From: the human T2T-CHM13v2.0 reference genome, Homo sapiens
Direction: 5' to 3' (one strand)
NCBI RefSeq assembly: GCF_009914755.1
Contig: NC_060934.1
DNA length: 64,000 bases
The translations under genes and the position numbers were made by a program. Position 1 is the stretch's first letter. The number at the start of each line of letters is the position of its first letter. The notes beneath the pieces are model-generated. The model did no database searches. It was given only the letters and a program-made list of their open reading frames with translations, and was not told the DNA's origin. Below, in pieces: positions 30,062-49,175 of this stretch.

Positions 30062-30210
30062 ACTTGGGCTTCCAGGTAAACCTGACCCAGGTTTTATATC
30101 CCCACGGCCTTACTTGGGCTTCCAGGTAAACCTGACCCAGGTTTTATAACTCCACGGCCTTACTTGGTCTTCCAGGTAAACCTGACCCAGGTTTTATATC
30201 CCCACAGCCT
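30062..30210. repeat. 50-bp x3 minisatellite
   Basis: Unit acttgggcttccaggtaaacctgacccaggttttatatccccacggcctt at 30062, 30112, 30162. Confidence 0.92.
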
Positions 30211-30467
30211 CTTGCATGACCCTGGCTTTTCTTGCCACACAAGTAGTGTGATGTGGTTTTTTAAAATAAAGCATTTGAGAAGGCATTAGGAGACCTGGAA
30301 TTTTTTTTCTAATCACAATCTCCGACTTTGACTGGGTCACTGACTTCCCTATCCTCACCAATCAAATGGGGAAAATGGCACCTATGGTTGTGAAGATCCA
30401 ACAGCAAGAGAAGTACAAGCACTCCAAGAACCAGGCAGCATTCCAGAAAGGCCTAGAGGTTCCAGAA

Positions 30468-30480
30468 AGGTCAAAGGTCA
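30468..30480 (+). promoter_or_regulatory. Perfect DR1 nuclear receptor element AGGTCA-A-AGGTCA
   Basis: Exact consensus in non-repeat sequence; function unproven. Confidence 0.5.
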
Positions 30481-33089
30481 CAGTCTATAGCCCCTTTCAT
30501 GGTGGGAAATATGGGGTGATGGACCCAGCATTCTGAAATCTGCAATAACCTAGGCAACATAATGAAATTTGCTGGATAGGAAAAGCCTGCCGGGTACGGC
30601 GAGAAAAACTCATCACATGCAGAAGACAGAGCCAGATGTGCGAACTTCCTGCCTGGAGTTTCCATCTAGGAGGGGGCCGCTTTCTGAACCTGGCCAAGTC
30701 GTCATCAACAGAGCATAGGCACGGGGCAGCCTGGTGCAGGCCAGAGGTTTCCGCTGTCCTGCTGGCAGGGACTGACCTTATCCCTGTCCTGTTTTGCTCC
30801 CACCCTGTTTTCACAGTTGTTATCTCCAGGAGCAGAGGATGGGGCTGACTGCGGGTTGACTGTGATATTTAAGTGATATCAATTATATGGAGTTTAGAAA
30901 TTGTACGTGTGTCTGTTCTATGCACCTAAACTCAGCCTCCTTTCAGCCTTCTGAAGGCAGGGGATGTGTGGGGTAGGTGCTGGGAAGCAGAGGTGTGGAG
31001 CACAGGACTGACTGAATTCAAGTTCTGAGTCACCATGGGGCCGAGGGCTGAGCCCACAGCCAGGAAGACCCAGGCTGGGCTGTATCCTCCCCGGCCAACA
31101 TGACACCCCCGGATCATTCATTCTTCCTTGGGTCTTCTTAGAGCACATCCACTGCCAAATTCTTGAATCCCAGCCACAGACAAAGGTTTCATCACCAGAT
31201 TTGGATCGCCTTTGGATTTCATGGCAGCACAGTCTCCCCAGTGTTATATTCCTCTGGTTTCATCGTTGAACGTTACTAATATTTTTTGAGAACCCACTAT
31301 GCATTAGAGACTCACAGTACCTGGTGTTTTCTACACATACACATTCCTAACCCCTGCGAGGTAGGAATTATGCCCACCTCACATGTCACGTGACAAATAA
31401 AGACTCAGAAACACTGAGGTTAGGAGATTTCGAGATGCTGAAACAGCTGGCAAAGCCAGGAGTCTCGTCCATGCCAAACTCACGCCGCTCTAGTCACTAG
31501 GTAGGGTTTTCTGGCTGGTTCCATTCTAGGTTTAAATTAGTGTTGTGGGCTCAGATCCTCCTTCACAAGCTCTTCCCAAGCCCCTGACCCGGCTCCTTGC
31601 TCTAACAAATGTCCTCTGTGTAGGGTCTTTGACGCCTCTGCCCATTTCACAACACTGAGCGAGGAGGTGCTCAGTCCTCCCTCCACCCAGACACCCCCAC
31701 TGCCCTCCCATGGAAACAAACCAAGATTCATTTGGAGTTTTGAAGAGGCAGGAACCTTCCAGAGTTCTGCTCAGCCCTAACTCCACCTGCTGGCCATTCA
31801 TTCCACCTTAGAAAGGAGTAAGAACAAGATCAGTTTCGGCAGCCTCTTAAGAGGAAACAAATCCACTAACTCAACTCACCCCTGGCTGTTTGTCAATGAG
31901 AGGAAGGATGGGCAAATCAATGCTGAACCACCCCTGCTCCGGTTCCAGGACTTGCAAGCCTCCCTTTGTGCAGGTGGCCAAGGCTGCAGCAGGGACTCTG
32001 GACAGAAAGTGGCCCACCTGCTGAGAATTAGGTGGGCTGGTCCTGCTAACAGTCATTTTTCTGTTGCCAGCACCCTGTGTCACATGAAGAGGTAGCCCTG
32101 GCACTTGAAAGAGTCAGGCACAGAGTGTTCATATAACCAGCAACTTTCACAGAAAGGTCTCAAAGCATCTCACTCCTACTGTCCTTGAACCATGTCAGCA
32201 AGGGTGACAGAATGAGCCCAATCCCAAATTGCAGGTGTAAAATTTCATCTCCCCTGGTTTCAGTGAGTTGAAATGAGCCAGGCTGCAAATTCAGGACACA
32301 GCCCAGCCAAGACCCTGGCTCCAAGACACACTCTTCTACACTGCATTGTACTCTCTTGAAGGCAGGAGATGCAAATCCCTGCAGAGGTGGGGTTTCTGCT
32401 ATTTGCCTGTAAGCCCTATGTCTCTCCTGATCGGACCCACACATTGGAGCGATGCCATCTCTACCAGCTCACACCCTTGCTCACTCATCCCAGAGTGACA
32501 AGCCCAGGCTGGGCTGAGACACAACCTCTGTGTGTCTCTAGAGACCCGGCCTTGGCCCTATTTCCCCTAAGATGGGTGGGCAGAGAGCTAGGCATGGGCA
32601 GCAGGGAAGGGCAACCTGCAGTCAGGAAATGAGCATGTAGCTGAGTAAACAAAGGCGTTTTAGGACCTGGTGGTTGAGCATTCATTCGTTCATTCATTCA
32701 TTCACTCACACACAGAGCATCTACTGAGCAATTACTACTGTGCTTTAGGCCCCAGGCTACAAAGATGAAGATGAAATGGTCCCTAATTTCCAACAGCATC
32801 TGGTACAATGGAGAAAGGTGTGTGTATTGGGGGTGGGGGCAGAGGGCTGAGGAGCTGGGTGGCCAGGAATTCTCCGGCAGAGACCTCCATCACACAAAGC
32901 TGAATCATCAAGGTGAGAATCCACAGCCACAAGGGAAGGTATCTTAGAGAATTGACTTTTCTCATCTGATCCATGAACCTACTTTCACACACGGTATCGT
33001 TACACAAATGGATAAAAACAGATGTGCAGGCCTCTAAATAGGCCCTGTCCAATATGCAGAATAATTTAATTCTTGCTGAAAATCCAGTA

Positions 33090-33275
33090 AGACTTGGGGA
33101 GAGGAATAAATCAGTGAAGCACAGGGGATTCTTGGGGCAGTGAAGTGGCTCTGTCCGATACTACAGTGGTGGGTACCTGTCATTACACATTTGTCTACAC
33201 CCATAGAATGTACAACACCAAGAGAGTGAACCCTAAACTATGAAGTCTGGGTGTTTTATGTGTCAGTGTAAATTT
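33090..33275 (+). mobile_element. L1M (L1MC/MD) 3' fragment
   Basis: cattacacatttgtctacacccatagaatgtacaacaccaagagagtgaaccctaa. Confidence 0.7.
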
Positions 33276-33387
33276 AAATCTATTTTTTATAAACCAAACA
33301 ATAGCACTAGATTATGGTATTGACAGAAGGAGTGGGCTCCCCAGTCCAAAGCTCAGAATGGTGTCCCCCACTCGAAAGTGTCTGTCA

Positions 33388-33909
<522 letters not shown>

Positions 33910-34280
33910 CTAAAGTCAATTTCCTTGGACAGATCTCTCCAGAAGCATAAACCCCAGGCATGAGAGAAACATATTTGCAACATGGAGTGGGGAGGGGCTG
34001 AAGAAATAACCCTCACAGAGCCTTTCAATTAATTACTGCTTCTTACAACATAAAATCCAGGCTCACAGGACCTTTCCAACAGACTTTAGAAGCAGTTTTC
34101 AAACCATAGGAAAGATTTATTGCCAACTTCATCAACCATGCTAAGATTTCATCATTAACAGATGCATATCAAGTTCCTCTTGTTCATGAAAAGAATTGCG
34201 TTTAAAAGGTAAGAATCATGTTCATTAGCAGTTTCAGATAAATACTCATAAAAGACATCCCTGGGATCCACATAGGTTGA

Positions 34281-34730
<450 letters not shown>

Positions 34731-35267
34731 TGAAGCGCCTGTTCCAATCACATTTTCAGGTTAAGAGATGAAAACTTTCAAATGTACATGTTCACAGAAA
34801 TGTGCTACTACCCTCCTTTTACACTTTAACTCGAATTATCCGATGGAATCGGCTTTGACTGTTTAGCAGAACCTTGGGGTTACATGACACGGTCAAGGGA
34901 GTATTCAGGAAGCAGAAGAAATCTGCGGGTCCTGGAGAATGGAACCAGAGAGAGAGAGAGAGAGAGATAAGGCCAGAGAAAGCAGAAAGGCAGAAGGCCA
35001 ACCTGGGGTCTGCAGGGAGACCCAGAGAGGACGGCAAGTCAGAAAGAAAGTTGGACCACACCCAGGGAGCAAACCTAGTCTGCAGACACGATGACCACCA
35101 TCTCCCTGAAAACTGGGGAATCCACCCTTCTCTCTAGCCTCAGAATAAGGAAATGGAAAGAGGACCCTTTCCTTAGAGCAGGTAACTAATTTAGAAAGGA
35201 CCTAACAAGTTACTATCTGTACCATGTAAGAATGTTCTTCCTTCATTTTTTAATATGCGTGCTGTTT

Positions 35268-36201
<934 letters not shown>

Positions 36202-37435
36202 TGATATGGGTTGATTTGTTCACTTCAGCTGACCTTCAGTAGGACAGTTTTGCTTTACTACAAAGCTGTGGCAAAGGGCACAGGCCTGTGCACTTTTGAA
36301 GCCCCATGCTAGTTTCTACTGATAGCCTTAATAGTTTAATCATTGAAATGATGATTATTGCATTTAAGGTCAAAAGAGCATCACTAGGCTACGTGCTAAT
36401 AGTTGTAGCTATGGGTATGTCCTAATTTTCTTAGGAGATTCTTTTATGATGTTACATGAAAGGGTTCGACTAGGCAATCTCCCGGGTCCCTTTCAGTCCT
36501 GACATTCTTCATCCTGTGCCCCTGCAAAGCAAACAGACTGCCCTCAAGTACGTCGGGTGATCTCTGGGGCCCCAAGTCCCTGGAAACTGCCAAAAGCATC
36601 TGGGTTTGCTTAGACCCCTGGGGGAAGCATGGCTCTGCCAGGTGTCACAGCTGATTTAACTAAAAGAAAGATGAGAACCAGCCAGGGGAACTGAAGCTTG
36701 ACAGTGTCCCTGAGGGTCTGTCCAGTGAGAGCCAAAACAGCATGGGGAAGACAGGAGGAGATCCTCTCCAGCCCAAGATTCACAGGCTGCGCTTATTCTA
36801 ACCACAGCCATCAGTCCCCAGAAATGTCCCCACGGGTCTGTAAAACCTCCGTGCCAGCTGAGAAAGGGGAGAGCTGAATCTGCTGGTGTCTGTGATGGAT
36901 GGGATGAGGCAGAAACACAGGGCAGACAGGGAGGAGGGGGTGGAGGAAGAAAGGCTTAGGTAAGCAAAGATAATGTCTTCTTCCCCGGAGAAGTTTGCAT
37001 GAGCTAAGATGTCCTCCCGGAGAGCTCAGATAATAGCAAACTTTCTGCTTCCAACACAGAGGGGAGATAAATGATCATTTCCTATTTAAAACCACAGCTT
37101 TATGGCCATAGATCCTATGAGCCTGTCATTCTTCTTTGCCTAGACCCTGGAAAGATGGTCTACATATTCAGACCCCACGTCTGCATGGGGGCAAGACACC
37201 GAGAGAGGATTCAATGAAGCAAACAGCTACAGGGGACTTTGGAAACAGAACTCAGAATCTTCTATCTCCTAGACTGCAAGACTCTCGGCACACTTTCTCT
37301 CAAGCTCTGCTTCTAGTACTCTGGCACATTGCCATAATCATGACCCTAGCATTGGTTACTTCATGAGGCCAGAGGAAGGCTGGCTTGAGGAGTCTCTCTT
37401 TGGGGGAGAGGAGACCCTTTATGGAAGATTAGACT

Positions 37436-37879
37436 TTTTTTTTTTTTTAAGAGACAGGGTCTTGCTATGTTGCCCAGGCTGGTCTTGAACTCCTGGCTTC
37501 AAGCCAGCCTCCTGCTTCAGCCTTCCTAAGTGCCAGGATTACAAGTGTGAGCCACTGCATCTGGCCCAGGATTTTTTTTTTTTTTTTTTTTTTGAGATGG
37601 ATTCTCACAGTTGGCCAGACAGGAGTGTGGTGGCGTGATCTTGGTTCATGGCAACTGCCGCCTCCCAGGTTCAAGTGATTCTCCTGCCTCAGCCTCCCGA
37701 GTAGGTAGAATTACAGGCACCTGCCACCACACCCAGCTAATTTTTGTATTGTATTTTTAGTGGAGACAGTGTTTCACCATATTGGCCAGGCTGGTCTCAG
37801 AACTCCTGACCTCAGGTGATCTGCCTGCCTCGGCCTCCCAAAGTGCTGGGTTTACAGGCGTGAGCCACCGTGCCCAGCC
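37436..37879 (-). mobile_element. FLAM/AluJ monomer (37436-37566) plus AluS (37572-37879)
   Basis: Two tandem minus-strand Alu units; TSD ccaggat. Confidence 0.88.
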
Positions 37880-38236
37880 CAGGATCCTTTTGGATCCACC
37901 TAAGCATATCATATACTGAGGCTCTCTGGAGAGGCTTGGGGGATTGAAAAATAAACTTAGTTATACAAGAAAAGTGATAAAAATTCAGGAGGAAATGAGG
38001 CCAGTGAAGCCTCTTCAACCAGGCAGGGTGAGAACTTTCTCCTGCTGACTGCTGACTTTTTGGCACAGGTGCTATTACTGAGGTCATCTATGAAGTAGTC
38101 CATGGCAAGAGTCCTGTTTATTTACAAAGCTCTGACTTTAGTTACTACCAAATTCCATCCCCTATGAGTTACGATGGAGAAAGTGAGTCATAGTGATACC
38201 ACATGATTATCCATGAGTTAAAAATGAGAAGTGAGC

Positions 38237-38559
<323 letters not shown>

Positions 38560-38569
38560 TCAAAATCAA

Positions 38570-39553
<984 letters not shown>

Positions 39554-39659
39554 CTAAAGGTTTTGGGGTAGAATTAAAAAGAATCTATAGCTATGAGTAG
39601 CTTAACAGTTGTGTCTCTAATCCATCTTAACACTGATGCAAAGAAGAATTTGAAAACAG

Positions 39660-39977
39660 CAGGGAGTGGTGGCTCATGCCTGTAATCCCAGCACTTTGGG
39701 AAGCTGAGGTGGGCAGATCACTTCAGGTCAGAAGTTCGAGACCAGCCTGGGCAACATGGTGAAACCTTGTCTCTACTAAAAATACAAAAATTAGCAGGGT
39801 GGTGGTGTGCATCTGCAGTCCTAGTTACTCAGGAGGCTGAGGCAGGAGGATCATTTGAGCCTGGGAGGTAGAGGTTGCAGTGAGCCAAGAGTGCACCACT
39901 GCACTCCCACCTGGCTTATGTGAGTGAAACCCTCTCTCAAGAAAAAAAAAAAACAAAAGAAAACAAAACGAAAAAAA
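39660..39977 (+). mobile_element. Alu (J/S)
   Basis: Full Alu. Confidence 0.9.
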
Positions 39978-40129
39978 CTTTCAACATACTACAAAGGGAA
40001 TGTTTACAGTCATAGCTCTAATAAAAAGAAGTGGCAAAAAAAAAAAAAATGGGCAAAAGATATGAACATTTTACCAAAGAGGCCGGACAGATGGTAAATG
40101 TACAGATGAAAAGATGATTGACATCATTA

Positions 40130-40441
<312 letters not shown>

Positions 40442-42073
40442 TCAAAAAACAAACAAACAAACAAAAAACCCACAGTGAAAAGATAGCACACACAATGGGA
40501 GAAAATGTGTACAAATCATACATGTGATAAGGGTTTAGTATCCATAATAAACAAGGAACTATTACAACTCAACAATAAAAAGACAACCTAGTTAAAAATT
40601 GGACAAAGGACTTGAATAGACGTTTCTCCCAAAAGGACACTATGCAAATGCCCAATAAGCACCGTAAAGATGCTCGACATCATTAGTCATTAGGGAAATG
40701 CCTATCAAAACCACAATGTGATACCACTTGAGTCCCACTAGGATGACTAAAATCATTAAGATAGACAATAACAACTACTAGTGAAGACGTAAAGAAATTG
40801 CAACCCTCATACACTGCTGGTGGGCACGTAAAATGGTGCAGCTGCTTTGGAAAACAGTCTGGCTGCTCCTGCAAAGGCTAAACATAGTTACCATCTGACC
40901 CAGCAATTCCGCTCCTAGTTAGTTACACACCCATGAAAAATGAAAGCTTATATCCGTACAAAAACCTGTTCATAGCAGCATTATTTATAACAGGCAAGAG
41001 TGGAAACAAATCAAATGCCAAACTGCTGAATGAATAAACAAAATGTGACAGCACCATACCATGAAATATTATTCAGCCATAAAAAAGAACAAAGTACTGA
41101 TTCATACTACAATATGAACGAAGCTTGAAAACATTATGCTAAGTGAGACTTGCCTGAGACAGACAAATCTTACACAATAGTGTAAGATTTTCTGTATATG
41201 AGACGTCCAGAGTAGGCAAAGCCATAGAGACAGAAATAGACTAGCAATTGCTGGGGCCTGGAAGAAGCAAAGAACTGAGACTGATCAGTAAAATGGATCT
41301 GGGGTTTCTTTTGGGGGTTATAAAATGTTCTGAAGTTAAAAGTGGTGACGGTTACACATATATGTGGATATACTGAAAACCACTTAATTGTACAGTTAGA
41401 GACTCAACTGTTTACGCTATTCATAGCTATAGATTTTTTTTACTCTACCCAAAAACTTTTAAAGCTATAGATTTTTTTTAAATTATGGTAAAGAACAAAA
41501 AATATGAAATCTACTCTTATCCAGGGTGAGTTTGTGGCATATAAATCGTATCTTAACTTTTTAAAAAGCAAAACCTTAAAACCATAATGAGATAGCACTG
41601 CACACCTATCAAAACAGCTAGAATAAGAAATAGTAATTACACCGAATGCTGGCAACGAGGCAGGGAACTGGATGCTTTATCCATTGCTGATAGAAATATA
41701 AATGGTACAGGACCTTTGGAAAATTAATTTCAGGGTTTCTTTTAACACTAAAAATAGACTTACCATACAACCCAGCAATGGGACTCTTGGGCATTTATAA
41801 CAGAGAAGTGAAAACTTATGCCTACACAACACTCTGTACGTGAATGTTCACCGCAACTTTATTCGTAATAGCTAAAAACTGAAAGTTACCGTAATGTCTT
41901 TCAGTAGGCAACTCGTTAAGCAATCAGCGGTGCATCTACACCATGGAATACTACCCAGCAATGAAAGGGAATCCAGTAACTTGGATTAACCTCAAGGAAA
42001 TTATGTTGAATGAAAAAAGACAATCTCCAAAGGCACATATAGTATGATTATATGTACATGACACCTGAAATAA

Positions 42074-42466
<393 letters not shown>

Positions 42467-42508
42467 TCGAGTTTTACACATGTACATAAATGACTGCCTG
42501 TGTAACTA

Positions 42509-42578
42509 TCAGGTTGGTGCAAAAAGTAATTGCAGTTTTTTGCCATTTTTGCCATTAAAAGTAATTACTTTTGTACAT
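42509..42578. mobile_element. MADE1 (Hsmar1 MITE), damaged right half
   Basis: TA-tcaggttggtgcaaaaagtaattgcagttttttgccatt...aattacttttgtac. Confidence 0.85.
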
Positions 42579-42842
42579 TTTACAGTAAGATACATGTAAT
42601 AAACTTGCACAGAGTTTTACACATGTACACAAATGAGTGCCTGTGTAATGACTGAATACTAACATCTGAATAAACTCTGCAGATTTCATCAGTGTCATTG
42701 CCTGGTTTTGATATTGCACTACAGTTATACAACATATTAGCAGTAGGGGACAAGGGGTGAGGGGTGCCTGGGACCCGTCTGTACATTTCTTTGCAACTGC
42801 CTGTGAATCTAAGATTATTCCAAAATAAAATGAATTTTTTAA

Positions 42843-43177
<335 letters not shown>

Positions 43178-44199
43178 GTAATCCCTGTAAAATAGGAAAC
43201 TAAAAATGTAACAATAATATAGCATTTGTCCCTGTTTAAGAGTAATAACTGTTTCAATAAAACTTTCATTTGATGGCAAAACAAAAAAGAAAGAAATGAT
43301 ACACCACACACAGTATAGTCACAAATCCTGACCCCTCCTTGCTGGAGGGCAATCTTCTTCGAGTGTGAACTGCCTACACTCAAAAACAAGCCAGGAACTC
43401 CCAGTGTGGGTCCACTGACCCGTGCACCCTCATCGGCCCTCCATTCCCTGGTATGCAGCCCTGTCCTCTGCTGTGTGCTGGCTCACCCCAGCGCCTGCAC
43501 ACATCCCTCCCCTGTCTAAATTCATCGTCTCTCACCTCCACCAAATCCTCCCATTTCCTGTGGCCCAGCAGGAGTACCCATCTTTCGTGTGGGTTAATTG
43601 TATCTCATCACTTGACTTCAGAGACCAGGTCTAATTCTTCCACTACATTCTCCATAACCCATGACACAGTGCTAAGCACGTAGGAAGGATTTTCTATGTG
43701 GATGGAATAAACGCCCATCTGCCTGGAGATCTTATGGGATATATGGGGCTATGAGAGCTGTAACATAACGCCTCACACATAACCAATACTCTGTCCTTAT
43801 TAGTATGTTACCTTTTTTTAAATTATCATTACAGTGATATGGATAAACCACAGTAGGTATATTATAACCAATTTTCAGATAAAGCAACTAACCTCAGAAT
43901 GGTCAAGTGACACCCAGTTAGAACCCAGAACTCTATTTTAAAACCTATCAAGGACCTGTCTATTCTTGCATCTATCGAGATGCAAATTTCTGCCTTAAAA
44001 CTATTTTCAACTAGGTATGTTATTAATTAATTCAGGTACAAATATTCCCAAAGGAAGTGTAATATTTTGCAGCACAAAGCATGACATTGGCCAATACCCT
44101 GGGGGTGGTCGAGGTGCTGGAGGAAGATGACACAGAGCAAATGTCTTAAAAAGTAGTGACAGCAGTGGTCTGTGATCAAAGACAAATTGGAAGAACACA

Positions 44200-45230
44200 G
44201 GAGAGCGCCCCTTCCAGACATATCCCAGAGCCAGCCATTTCTTCCCAGAGCCACTGCTACCCACTAGTCCAAGCCTCCAGTCTTGCCTAGACAGTTCCAG
44301 TGGTTTCCCAACTGGTCTCCCTGCTTCCGCTTTTGCCCCTCAGCAATCTGTGGTTCACTCAGCTGCCAGAGTGTTCCTTTTCTGAAAGGCTCATCACGTC
44401 TCACCACGCCGTTCAATGGCTCCCCAAATCACAAAGATCTAATCTTCCCCCACATGCTCAGAAATGTCCACATGATCCAGCCCATGCTCACCTCTCCAAA
44501 CCCAGCTTGTTCCATTCTCTCCCCACCGCCAATGCTCATTCCTATTTTTCCACCCCTCGAGAAGGCCAAGCCATTTTCACCTTGGGGCCAATTGCAATGG
44601 CTTCTTGGTCTGCCTGGCATGCTTTTCTGCCTGATCTTTGTATGGCTGGTTCTGTGTCCTTCAGATTTCAGTTTAAAAGTCATCTCTTCAACCTAAAGTG
44701 GCTTCCAATTCCTATTACCTTTTTTTTTTGAGACACAGTCTCGTTCTTGTCGCCCAGGCTGGAGTACAGTAGTGCAATCTCAGCTCACTGCAATCTCGGC
44801 CTCCAAGGTCTAAGCGATTCTGCCTCAGCCTCCTGAGTAGCTGGGATTATAGGTATGTGCCACTATGCCTGGCTAATTTTTGTATTTTTAGTAGAGACAG
44901 AGTTTCACCATGTTGGCTAAGCTGGTCTTGAACTCCTGACCTCGAGTGATCTGCCCACCTCAGCCTCCCGAAGTGTCAGGATTACAGGCATGAGCCACCG
45001 CGCCCCACCTACCCTCTTTTAATTCTTGGCCAAACACCTATCATTATCTGTTATTTTTCCTATGGACTGATACATTCATTGATGTAGTGACTGTCTCTCC
45101 CTCATCCCACTACCACGTAGGTTCAAGGAGGGCCTGGAGCTCTTTTCTCCTGTTCCCTTTTGTATCCCCAGTGACACACTGTAGGTGTTTAGTAAATATA
45201 TGTAGAATGAAGGTACAAATGAATAAATTA
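44200..45230 (+). mobile_element. L2 3' region interrupted by an AluS (44720-45007, minus)
   Basis: ccaactggtctccctgcttcc; terminal tagtaaatatatgtagaatgaa..atgaataaa. Confidence 0.75.
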
Positions 45231-45713
45231 AAAAGACCACCATCCTACCTACTTGCCAGCTTTGGCTCTACTTGGCCAATCAAGTGGCTGAGTAATGACA
45301 ATCAGAATAAGTTAATAGCCTTCACCTAGAAAGCAGGGAGTAGCACGATTATAAATAGCTCAAAAGCTTTCTGAAAACAGTATATGCTTAGTCACTCTCC
45401 AAAGTCCAGATCGAGCCCCCTCAATCCAGAGTCTCCTGAGTCTCAGCCCTGGAATCTTTACAAAGGTCTTCATAGCCCCCTACAATCTGGCCCAACGCTG
45501 CCCATGCAGCTGCCCATTATTCAGCAGGGCTAGAAGCCCAGCTCCTGAAATCATTCCAAGCTCAATGTTCACTCAAGGTCTCCTGAAATTCTGGGCCACA
45601 TACTGAGGTCACAAACCTCCCTTCACTCAGACCATTAAATCCCCCATTCCTTAAGCCCTCGGCTCAGTCAATACCTCCCTTCTACCATGGTCCACCACTG
45701 ACTTAGTCCAGAG

Positions 45714-47335
<1,622 letters not shown>

Positions 47336-47536
47336 GAAACAGAGACACTTAACAGGTGCTCAAATACTTGTTGACCATAAGCTACACTTCTCCATCTCTA
47401 AGGAATGAGTATCTTTGTTTTTGACCAAATGATCTGTTAAACTTGAGGATCTCAGCACACTTGCGGGGATACCTTTAAATTGTTCTAGAGCCCTTTCTGA
47501 AAAATGTGAATGAAATGAGTTCTATCTGATTTTTAG

Positions 47537-48016
<480 letters not shown>

Positions 48017-48473
48017 TAATGGAGCCAGTCAGATAGAAATGTCAACTCCAGCGCCAGTCAAGATGAAGCAAGCCAACCATGGCCTATGATTCCCACTGAT
48101 TTTAACTGAAATCTCTGCATATAGTTTTAAAAACTCCAAAACCCTACCTACCTGAACTCTGAACACTAAACAGTTAGAAGCAATGCGGGGATCTGACCCA
48201 AAAAGGGCTGAATCATGGAGCTGTGCAGCAAAAACTCCAGGAGAAATCCTTATTATGGACAAAGGCCTTGTTTTCTGTCTCTTTCTTATCTTTTTTTCTC
48301 ACCCAGTCTAGCCCTCAGGCCATGCATATGGAAAGATCTCCCAGATCTACTCATGAATTAAGCAAGGTGTAGTGAAGTGTACACAGTGTGTTGCCATTTG
48401 TGTCAAAGACGGTGGTAATAACACGTATTTGGATTAAAAAAAAAAAAGAAAGAAAAAACAAAAACTCCATTGA

Positions 48474-48778
48474 GGACCAACTGCAGTGGCTCACACCTAT
48501 AATCCCAGCATTTTGGGAGGCTGAGGTGGGTAGATCACTTGAGGTCATGAGTTTGAGACCAGTCTGGCCAACATGGTGAAACACCATCTCTATTAAAAAT
48601 ACAAAAATCAGCTGGCCGTGGTGCTGGGCGCCTGTAGTCCCAGCTACTCAGGGGGCTGAGGCATGAGAATCGCTTGAACCTCACTGTGGAGGTTGCAGTG
48701 AGCTGAGATTGCGCCACTGCACTCCAGCCTGGGCAGCAGACCAAGACTCCATCTCAAAAGAAACAAAACAAAACAAAA
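48474..48778 (+). mobile_element. AluS
   Basis: TSD aactccattga. Confidence 0.92.
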
Positions 48779-48814
48779 CCAACAACTCCATTGAGATAAA
48801 GAAAATGTATTTTA

Positions 48815-49175
48815 TATATGTCATGGAATACTACTCAGCCATAAAAAGGAATGAAATAATGGCATTCGCAGAGATCCGGATGGAACTGGAGACCACTATT
48901 CTAAATGAAGTAACTCAGGAATGGAAAATCAAACATTTTATGTTCTCACTCATAAATGGGATCTAAGCTATGGGGACGCAAAGGCATAAGATTAAGAATG
49001 GACTCTGGGGACTCGGTGGGAAGGGTGGGAGAGGGTGAGGGATAAAAAAGACTACACACTGGGTACAGTATACACTGCTCACGAGATGGGTGCACCAAAA
49101 TCTCAGAAATTACCACTGAAGAATTGATTCGTGCAACCAAACACCACCTGTTCCCTAGAACTGACTGAAATAATG
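48815..49175 (+). mobile_element. L1PB 3' end (inside an older L1ME remnant 48320-49330)
   Basis: ggaatactactcagccataaaaaggaatgaaataatggc...accaaacaccacctgttccc. Confidence 0.85.

Noticed and set aside
30062-30210. 50-bp repeat with internal palindrome as CRISPR-like
   Set aside because: No variable spacers; an ordinary minisatellite
42509-42578. miR-548-type gene from MADE1
   Set aside because: The right arm is rearranged and truncated, so the long hairpin is incomplete
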